Position numbers and translations under genes: made by a program. Below, one piece after another: positions 17,591-24,000 of a stretch of 24,000 bases of DNA; positions within the stretch are counted from its first letter, which is position 1, and every line of letters starts with the position of its first letter. Source of the DNA: Actinopolymorpha alba DSM 45243 (GTDB taxonomy: Bacteria > Actinomycetota > Actinomycetes > Propionibacteriales > Actinopolymorphaceae); NCBI RefSeq assembly GCF_000373925.1, contig NZ_KB892755.1, forward strand, positions 67,968-91,967. The letters run 5' to 3'. Under the pieces are notes generated by a model. That model made no database searches and was not told the DNA's origin. It saw only the letters and a list, made by a program, of their open reading frames with translations.

Positions 17591-17811
17591 CTTTACACAG
17601 AGATGCCGCTCAATATATCGAGGAATTCGCTGTATGGGTTAAGAGTCACGAGCCGCCCCCGGTCAGCCCTGGTGCCGATAGGCGGGTGGTGCTCCCCGGG
17701 GGCGGGGTCGGCCGGGCAGCGCGGGGCAGGTGGCTGGACAGCGACTGCACAGGTGTGTAGCATCCTTCACAGTCGAGTAGTTAGCTGTACGTAGGGATAG
17801 GAAGGTCGAAG

Positions 17812-18444
17812 GTGTCGACGTCGAGACCGGACCCCGAGGACCTCACCGCCCGCGCCCGGATCAGGGACGCGGCGATGTACCACTTCGGCGAGCACGGCTT
17901 CGAACGCGCGACGATCCGGGGAATCGCCACGACGGCTGGTGTCTCGTCAGGGCTCGTACGCCACCATTTCGGTTCCAAGCAGGCGCTGCGCGAGGCGTGT
18001 GACGACTACCTGCTGAAGGTGATCCGGCAGTTCAACGACCAGGCCTGGGCGGATCCCACGTTCAGCGACACGCGCTACGTGTATGCCGCCCGGGCGACGA
18101 TGGCGAAGTACCAGCGCTACCTCGCGCGAGCCCTGATCGAAGGCTCGGCAACCGAGTTGTTCGACGAGATGGTCCGTATGTCGGAGCAGTGGCTTGCCGT
18201 TCTCGACAAGGACCGCCCCGACCCCTCCGACGTCGACCGCAGGGCCCGGGCGACCGTCGGCACCGCGATGGCCTTGAGTGTCGGGCTCCTCTACGACCAC
18301 GTGGGCCGGAGCCTGGGCGTCGACCTGTCCAGCCCGGAGGGAGACCGGTTGCTCTCCCGGATCCTGCTGGACCTTTATTCGCATCCCCTCATGAGCCTGG
18401 AAGACGCGGCCAGGGCTCGGGCCGCGCTCGACCGGGCCCAATGA
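17812..18444 (+). CDS. TetR/AcrR family transcriptional regulator
   Basis: HTH: [52 protein letters not shown] start. Lies directly upstream of the ABC exporter genes. Confidence 0.85.
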   Translation: MSTSRPDPEDLTARARIRDAAMYHFGEHGFERATIRGIATTAGVSSGLVRHHFGSKQALREACDDYLLKVIRQFNDQAWADPTFSDTRYVYAARATMAKYQRYLARALIEGSATELFDEMVRMSEQWLAVLDKDRPDPSDVDRRARATVGTAMALSVGLLYDHVGRSLGVDLSSPEGDRLLSRILLDLYSHPLMSLEDAARARAALDRAQ

Positions 18445-18500
18445 TCCACCGAATCACGCACAGCGCGGAGCAGGGCTTCGCACACGGGAGGAAGAGCACG

Positions 18501-19418
18501 ATGACTAACGCCATCTCGGCGAACGGGTTGGTGAAGAAGTTCGGGTCGACCACGGCATTGGACGGCCTCGATCTGGTCGTACGCACCGGTGAGGTGCACG
18601 GCTTCCTCGGACCGAACGGCGCGGGCAAGAGCACCACGATCAGGGTGCTGCTCGGCCTCCTGCGCGCGGACGGCGGGTCGGTGAGCCTGCTCGGCGGGGA
18701 TCCCTGGGAGGACGCGACCGCCCTCCACCGCCAGCTGGCGTACGTGCCTGGTGACGTCACGCTGTGGCCGAACCTCTCGGGTGGAGAGGTGATCGACCTG
18801 CTCGGCCGGCTGCGTGGCGGGCTGAACAAACGGCGTCGCGCCGACCTGCTGGAGAGGTTCGACCTGGACCCGCGCAAGAAGGGACGCTCGTACTCCAAGG
18901 GCAACCGCCAGAAGGTCGCGCTCGTCGCCGCGCTCGCCTCAGACGTCGAGCTTCTACTCCTCGACGAGCCCACCTCGGGCCTGGACCCGCTGATGGAGGA
19001 GGTGTTCCGTGAGGCGATCCACGAGGAGCAGCGCCGCGGCGACCGTACCGTCCTGCTGTCCAGCCACATCCTCTCCGAGGTCGAGGCGCTCTGCGACCGG
19101 CTGACCATCATCCGCGACGGCAAGGCGGTCGAGACGGGCACCCTGGCCGACCTGCGCCACCTGACCCGTACCTCGATCGAGGCGGAGCTGTCCAGGGCGC
19201 CCGACGGCCTGGCCGACCTGCCCGGCGTTCACAATCTGCGGGCTGAGAACGGCCGGGTCCGCTTCGACGTCGACACGGCCGCGCTCGACCCGGCCTTGCG
19301 CCACCTCACCGCGGCGGGCGTACGCAGTCTCGTCAGCCAGCCGCCGACCCTGGAGGAGCTGTTCCTGCGCCACTACGACCGGGCCGCGGCAGCCAGCGGC
19401 GCGGAGGTGGCGCGATGA
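18501..19418 (+). CDS. ABC transporter ATP-binding protein (DrrA-like, ABC-2 exporter type)
   Basis: [46 protein letters not shown] (Walker A), YSKGNRQKV (signature variant), [13 protein letters not shown] (Walker B). The ATG at 18501 is preceded by gggaggaag. The listed start at 18189 overlaps the TetR gene and is rejected. Confidence 0.9.
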   Translation: MTNAISANGLVKKFGSTTALDGLDLVVRTGEVHGFLGPNGAGKSTTIRVLLGLLRADGGSVSLLGGDPWEDATALHRQLAYVPGDVTLWPNLSGGEVIDLLGRLRGGLNKRRRADLLERFDLDPRKKGRSYSKGNRQKVALVAALASDVELLLLDEPTSGLDPLMEEVFREAIHEEQRRGDRTVLLSSHILSEVEALCDRLTIIRDGKAVETGTLADLRHLTRTSIEAELSRAPDGLADLPGVHNLRAENGRVRFDVDTAALDPALRHLTAAGVRSLVSQPPTLEELFLRHYDRAAAASGAEVAR

Positions 19419-21022
19419 ACGGCCTCACCGGCACCGGCAAACTGATCCGGCTGATCCTGCGGCGCGATCGCGTGCTCATGCCGCTGTGGGTCCTCTTCAT
19501 CGGCCTCGTCCCGATCTCGTACGTCGCGTCCATCAACGAGCTCTTCCCGACGGCCGCGGCGCGGCAGCAGTACGCCGACGCCAGCGCGCACAACGCGGGC
19601 TTCGTCGCGCTCTACGGCCGGCTGTTCGGCTCGAGCCTTGCCGAGTTGGTCGCCTGGCGAGCGGGCTTCATCCCGATCGTGATCGGCCTGCTCAGCATCC
19701 TCACGGTCATCCGGCACACCCGCACCGAAGAGGAGGCCGGTCGCCGCGAGCTCCTCGGCGCGACCGTGGTCGGCCGGCACGCCCCGCTCGGCGCGGCCCT
19801 GATCGCGACCTTCGGCGCCAACCTGGTCCTCGGCGGCCTGCTCGCCGTGGGCATGATCGGCCAGGGCCTCCCAACCGCCGGATCCCTGACGTTCGGCCTG
19901 GAGTTCACCGCGATCGGCTGGATGTTCGCCGCGATCGGCGCCGTGGCCGCCCAGCTGACCAGTGGGGCCGGGAGTGCGCGCGGGACCGCGATCACCGCCC
20001 TCGGCGCGACGTACGTGTTCCGGATCGTCGGTGACATCAGCGGCATGTCCAACGGTCCGCTCGCCTGGATGACGTGGCTGTCGCCGATCGGCTGGGTGCA
20101 GCGGATGCGTCCCTACCGCGACGACGTGATCTGGCCCGTCGCGCTCGCCGCCGGCCTCACCATCGTGCTCGTCGTGGCGGCCGTCGCCCTGTCGGGACGG
20201 CGCGATGTCGGTGCCGGCCTGCTGCCGCCCCGGCTCGGTCCCGCCTCGGCATCGCCTCGCCTGCGTACGCCGCTTGCGTTGTCCTGGCGGCTGCACCGCG
20301 GCCTGCTGGCGGGCTGGGTCGCGGGGTTCGCAGCGCTCGGTGTCGTACTCGGCTACCTCGCCGCCGACATCGGGGACCTGGTGCACGACGCACCCGAGAT
20401 GGAGGACGTCTTCGCCCGGCTCGGCGGCGCGTCCGGACTTATCGACAGTTATCTCGCCGGCCTGATGGGCTTCTTCGGCCTCATCGCCGGGGCGTACGCC
20501 ATCCAGGCCACGCTCAAGATGCGGGACGAGGAAACCAGCGGGCGCGCCGAGCCGGTGCTTGGTACGGCGGTCGGCCGGTTGCGGTGGGTCGCCAGCCACT
20601 TCGTCTTCTCGTTGCTGGGCCCGGCCGCGACCCTCGCCGCAGCCGGCCTGGCGATGGGGCTGACGCACGGACTGAACACCGGGAACGTCGGCCGCGAGGT
20701 GCCCAGAGTGCTGGCCGGTGCGCTGGTGCAGCTACCCGCGGTGTGGGTCCTGGCTGGTACGGCCATCCTGATCTTCGGCCTGCTGCCGCGGTTCGCGGCG
20801 GCCAGCTGGGGTGCGCTGGTGATCTGCCTGGTGTTCGGGCTGGTGGGCAGCGCGCTGGGTCTCGACCAGTGGGTGCTCGACATCTCACCGTTCACCCATC
20901 TTCCTCACCTCCCTGGGGGCGAGGTCGCCGCGACTCCGGTGCTGTGGCTGTTGGTCGTCGCCGTGGGGCTGGCCGGGGTCGGCCTCGCCGCCCTGCGCCG
21001 TCGCGACATACCCACCGCCTGA
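19415..21022 (+). CDS. ABC-2 type exporter permease (12-TM, polyketide-antibiotic-exporter-like)
   Basis: 535-aa polytopic ORF in two homologous halves. The start overlaps the ATPase stop (ATGA at 19415-19418). Confidence 0.85.
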   Translation: MNGLTGTGKLIRLILRRDRVLMPLWVLFIGLVPISYVASINELFPTAAARQQYADASAHNAGFVALYGRLFGSSLAELVAWRAGFIPIVIGLLSILTVIRHTRTEEEAGRRELLGATVVGRHAPLGAALIATFGANLVLGGLLAVGMIGQGLPTAGSLTFGLEFTAIGWMFAAIGAVAAQLTSGAGSARGTAITALGATYVFRIVGDISGMSNGPLAWMTWLSPIGWVQRMRPYRDDVIWPVALAAGLTIVLVVAAVALSGRRDVGAGLLPPRLGPASASPRLRTPLALSWRLHRGLLAGWVAGFAALGVVLGYLAADIGDLVHDAPEMEDVFARLGGASGLIDSYLAGLMGFFGLIAGAYAIQATLKMRDEETSGRAEPVLGTAVGRLRWVASHFVFSLLGPAATLAAAGLAMGLTHGLNTGNVGREVPRVLAGALVQLPAVWVLAGTAILIFGLLPRFAAASWGALVICLVFGLVGSALGLDQWVLDISPFTHLPHLPGGEVAATPVLWLLVVAVGLAGVGLAALRRRDIPTA

Positions 21023-21058
21023 CCCGGCTGTTCCTCTGATCCGAGTGGGAGAACCCAC

Positions 21059-21883
21059 ATGGACGCGATCCCAGTTACCTTCACAGACATCCAGGTGACC
21101 GCGCTGATCGAGTTGTACGCCCGTTGGCTGGATGCCAAGGACCCGCACCCCATCCTCGGTGACCCGTGGGCAGACCGGATCGTCCGTTCCCTGGACTTCG
21201 ACTTCTCCGAGTTCAAGAAGGGCTTCGCCCTCTCGCGCTATCCCGTCGGAGAACGCTCGCGGACCTTCGACCGGTGGGTGGCGGAGTACCTCTCAGAGAA
21301 TCCGGATGCGATCGTCCTGGACCTCGGATGCGGATTGGACAGTCGGGTGATCCGGGTCGATCCGGCGCCCGGTCACCTGTGGTACGACGTTGACCTCCAG
21401 GGAGTCATCGAAATCGCCGACCGCCTCTATCCCGAACGCGCCGAGCATTGCCGAATAGCCGCGTCCGCCGTCGATCCTGACTGGCTCGCGCGGATCCCTG
21501 GCGACCGGCCAGTGGTGGTCGTGGCCGACGGGTTGTTGATGTTCCTCGCCGAGGATGAGGTACGGCGGGTGTTCCAGCAGATCATCGATCACTTCCCGCG
21601 TGGGCAGTTCGTCTTCAACGCGTACGCGCCGCTGATCAAGGAGCGAGGAGAAAAGCGTCCCGAACCAGTCTTCGAAAAGTACGGCGTCCAGCTGAAATGG
21701 ACCATCGAGAACGCACGCGGCGTCGAGAAGTTGGATGATCGGCTGCATTACGTCGACGAACACCGCATGGGAGAGGGCGGCCTGCTCGCACACGCCTCGT
21801 TGTACTACCGCCTTCTGGTGGCGGTGATCAACGTGGTCCCGGCCTGGCGGAACAGCGGCTGGATTCTGCGGTATCGGTTCTGA
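21059..21883 (+). CDS. Class I SAM-dependent methyltransferase (TcmP/LCM-like O-methyltransferase family)
   Basis: 274 aa with SAM motif I: IVLDLGCGLDSRVIRVD. Also VVVADGLLMFL and a TcmP-like N-terminus: ALIELYARWLDAKDPHPILGDPWA. SD gggaga upstream. Confidence 0.75.
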   Translation: MDAIPVTFTDIQVTALIELYARWLDAKDPHPILGDPWADRIVRSLDFDFSEFKKGFALSRYPVGERSRTFDRWVAEYLSENPDAIVLDLGCGLDSRVIRVDPAPGHLWYDVDLQGVIEIADRLYPERAEHCRIAASAVDPDWLARIPGDRPVVVVADGLLMFLAEDEVRRVFQQIIDHFPRGQFVFNAYAPLIKERGEKRPEPVFEKYGVQLKWTIENARGVEKLDDRLHYVDEHRMGEGGLLAHASLYYRLLVAVINVVPAWRNSGWILRYRF

Positions 21884-21961
21884 ACCCTTCGGCCATTTCC
21901 GGACCCGCGCACCGGATGATCACCTTGGCTCCCCGTCGGGAAATCCCCGCCCCTTATGCGT

Positions 21962-22009
21962 CGGCCTGTGTGGCCCGGCGGATCGTGCGGCCTGTGCGGC
22001 TCGGCGGAT
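21962..22009. repeat. Two tandem copies (26-nt period) of cggcctgtgYggcYcggcggat
   Basis: cggcctgtgtggcccggcggat (21962-21983), then spacer cgtg, then cggcctgtgcggctcggcggat (21988-22009): 20/22 identical. Intergenic, between the methyltransferase and the HelD-like gene. Confidence 0.85.
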
Positions 22010-22046
22010 AAGGGTAGCGGGGGCTCGCCATGTCTGGTAGCTCCCG

Positions 22047-22076
22047 AAGCCGCTCTTTCGAGAGCGGTTTGTTTTT
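22047..22076 (+). terminator. Canonical intrinsic terminator (10-bp stem, UUCG tetraloop, U-tract)
   Basis: aagccgctct-ttcg-agagcggttt followed by gttttt. The stem has one G-U pair. Lies 164 nt after the methyltransferase stop and 108 nt before the HelD-like ATG. It is preceded by a second hairpin at 22019-22045. Confidence 0.7.
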
Positions 22077-22183
22077 CGCGCTTCAGTGGATCGAAACGAA
22101 CCGGATCATATTCCGGGGCGGGACCCTGACGATTGCCGCCAGTCCGTTGTTCCCGCGCGTTCTCACAAGGAGCTCTGCCTCCG

Positions 22184-24000
22184 ATGGTCCAAATCGAATC
22201 CCCGCATACCCAAGATTCAGAACTCGAGATCGAGCGTGACTATCTCGCGCGAGCACGCGCGGCCCTCGCTCTCATGCACAAGGATGTCGTGTCCCGCGAT
22301 ACGCCGCGGATCGGCGGCGAGGACAACGACGAGCGTTTCACCAATGAGTCCTACCTCCGGGCGCGCTGGCTTCGGGCGCAGGCGCTCGTGGATCTGCCGG
22401 ACGTGCCGTTGTTCTTCGGGCGGCTCGACTACGAATCCGGCACCGTGGAGGAGACTGACCAGATCTATATCGGCCGCCGCCACGTGCACGACGATCTAGG
22501 TACGCCGCTGGTCATCGACTGGCGAGCACCCGTCTCCGTACCCTTCTACCGCGCCACACCCACCGACCGGCAGCGCGTTCGCCGGCGCCGCCGCTACGGC
22601 TACTCCGACTCGGCCGAATTGACGGCGTTCGACGACGAACTCCTCGACCGCGCCGCAGCCGATGGGGCCGGCGGTACCGGCGGGGCCCGCGAGCCCGACA
22701 CCGTGGACGAGACCGCGGACGACGCCGCTGACGCGTTCCTGCGCGCCGAGATCGAACGCCCGCGCACCGGGCCGATGCGCGACATCGTCGCCACCATCCA
22801 GCCCGAGCAGGATGATCTGGTGCGCGCGCCCCTGCAGCCGTCGCTGTGTGTGCAGGGTGCGCCGGGTACGGGCAAGACCGCCGTGGGCCTGCACCGCATC
22901 GCGTACCTGCTCTACACCGAACGCGAACGCCTGAGCCGCGGCGGTGTGGTCATCGTCGGGCCGAACCGCTCCTTCCTGTCGTACATCCGCAAGGTGCTGC
23001 CCGCGCTCGGCGAGGTCGATGTCAGGCAGGCCACGGTGGATGAACTGCTCGGTCAGGCCCAGCTCGCCAACGCGGAGACCTTCGACGCGGCCCGGGTCAA
23101 GGGCGATGCCCGGATGGTGCGGGTGCTGCGCCGCGCGCTGTGGTCGCACGTGGGTACGCCGACCGAGGGAATCCTGTATGCCAAGGGATCCCGGCGGTAT
23201 CGCGTACCCGACTACGAGGTGCAGGAGATCGTGTCGGCGGTACGCGGTTCCACCAGCTACGGCCCGGGCAGGAATGCGGTCGCGCAGCGGGTGGCGCATG
23301 CCGTGCTGCTTCGGATGGAGCGGCGTGGTGAATCGCCCGACGACCGGGTGCAGAACGCCGTGGCCAGATCCAAGCCGGTCAAGCAACTGATCGACGAGGT
23401 GTGGCCCAGGCTCGTTCCCGAGCAGGTGTTGTTCAGGCTGCTGTCGGACGCGGAGTTCCTGGCGGCGTCGGCCGGCGACGACCTCACGCCGGAGGAGCAG
23501 GCTGATCTGCTCTGGCCCAAACCCGCGCGTTCGTGGAAGTCGGCTCGATGGTCGACGGCAGATGTCGTACTCCTGGACGAGCTTTCCGAACTCATCGAAC
23601 GCCGTGCCGGCTCGCTCGGTCACCTCGTGGTGGACGAGGCGCAGGATCTTTCGGCGATGCAGCTTCGCGCGCTCGGCCGGCGCTGTCGTACCGGATCCGC
23701 CACTGTCCTTGGCGATCTCGCGCAGGCCACGACGCCGTGGGCGACCGGCTCCTGGGGGCAGGTGCTCGATCATCTCGGCATGCAGGATGCGATGCTGGCC
23801 GAGCTTGACCGGGGATTCCGGGTGCCGGCACAGATCATCGACTTCGCCGGGCGGTTGCTGCCGGCCATCGCGCCCACTCTCGGTGCACCACGAGGGGTAC
23901 GCGAGATCCCGGACGCGCTGCGGATCACCGAGACCGCAGAGCAAGGTCTCCTTGACACGTTGGTATCCGCCTGCCGCAAGGCGCTTGAGGGCGAGGGGTC
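22184..24000 (+). CDS. HelD/HelR-like UvrD-family (SF1) ATPase, an RNA-polymerase-associated helicase-like protein; 3' end lies outside the window
   Basis: Not in the supplied ORF track because there is no stop in the window. Hand translation from the ATG at 22184 (SD aaggag 22167-22172) gives MVQIESPHTQDSELEIERDYLARARAAL...LFFGRLDYE...IYIGRRHVHDDLGTPLVIDWRAPVSVPFYRAT...CVQGAPGTGKTAVGLHRIAYLLY (Walker A)...GHLVVDEAQDLSAMQLRAL (Walker B/DEAQD). I checked the frame at three points (22481, 22853, 23621). Confidence 0.85.
   Translation, partial: MVQIESPHTQDSELEIERDYLARARAALALMHKDVVSRDTPRIGGEDNDERFTNESYLRARWLRAQALVDLPDVPLFFGRLDYESGTVEETDQIYIGRRHVHDDLGTPLVIDWRAPVSVPFYRATPTDRQRVRRRRRYGYSDSAELTAFDDELLDRAAADGAGGTGGAREPDTVDETADDAADAFLRAEIERPRTGPMRDIVATIQPEQDDLVRAPLQPSLCVQGAPGTGKTAVGLHRIAYLLYTERERLSRGGVVIVGPNRSFLSYIRKVLPALGEVDVRQATVDELLGQAQLANAETFDAARVKGDARMVRVLRRALWSHVGTPTEGILYAKGSRRYRVPDYEVQEIVSAVRGSTSYGPGRNAVAQRVAHAVLLRMERRGESPDDRVQNAVARSKPVKQLIDEVWPRLVPEQVLFRLLSDAEFLAASAGDDLTPEEQADLLWPKPARSWKSARWSTADVVLLDELSELIERRAGSLGHLVVDEAQDLSAMQLRALGRRCRTGSATVLGDLAQATTPWATGSWGQVLDHLGMQDAMLAELDRGFRVPAQIIDFAGRLLPAIAPTLGAPRGVREIPDALRITETAEQGLLDTLVSACRKALEGEG

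Noticed and set aside
18189-18500. Upstream extension of the ABC ATPase ORF (listed start 18189)
   Set aside because: It overlaps the 3' half of the TetR gene and is Pro/Arg/Gly-rich. The ATG at 18501 has an SD, and the protein then starts like other DrrA-type ATPases.
19373-20668. 431-aa minus-strand ORF opposite the ABC permease
   Set aside because: Charged, low-complexity shadow ORF. The plus strand encodes a coherent 12-TM permease coupled to the ATPase.
22030-22239. 69-aa ORF spanning the terminator and the HelD-like start region
   Set aside because: It reads straight through the terminator hairpin and into the helD SD and start. It has no SD of its own and no recognisable sequence features.
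22496-23944. 482-aa minus-strand ORF, the longest ORF listed in this region
   Set aside because: It is antisense to the HelD-like gene, whose Walker A, DEAQD and HelD N-terminal motifs are on the plus strand. The minus-strand product has no recognisable domain.

Overview
This is a very GC-rich segment with strong third-position GC bias and many arginine/glycine/proline-rich antisense shadow ORFs, typical of an actinobacterial chromosome. I support about 22 genes. From left to right they are: the 3' end of a PEP-utilising (PEP synthase / rifampin-phosphotransferase-like) enzyme; an LLM-class oxidoreductase; a PPOX-family gene broken by two compensating 1-nt frameshifts; an MFS transporter; a red-type form I RuBisCO operon cbbL-cbbS-cbbX; a TetR (WHG-type) regulator divergent from a DUF1330 gene; a phosphoribulokinase on the opposite strand; a NarL-type response regulator with a GAF histidine kinase; a lipoprotein; an IorA/IorB-type molybdoenzyme locus (2Fe-2S small subunit and molybdopterin large subunit) with XdhC; a TetR / ABC-2 exporter / SAM-methyltransferase cassette; and the 5' 1.8 kb of a HelD/HelR-like RNA-polymerase-associated helicase that runs off the window and is missing from the supplied ORF track. 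The clearest non-routine structure is a ~1.8 kb IS200/IS605-family element at ~12557-14364. It has divergent tnpA (Y1/HUH) and tnpB (RuvC/Zn-ribbon, OMEGA-type) genes and nearly identical subterminal hairpins at both ends, and it splits the molybdoenzyme large-subunit gene; removing it restores a conserved motif. Other points worth a second look: a minimal cbbLSX + prk CO2-fixation module with no LysR CbbR but with TetR and GAF two-component regulators; a small-subunit gene that lacks its last Cys-x-Cys motif; a structured, repeat-containing region ending in a canonical UUCG-tetraloop terminator upstream of the HelD-like gene; and several tandem repeats and palindromes in divergent promoter regions. 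I saw no rRNA, tRNA or CRISPR array. All functional calls come from motif recognition by eye, not database searches.
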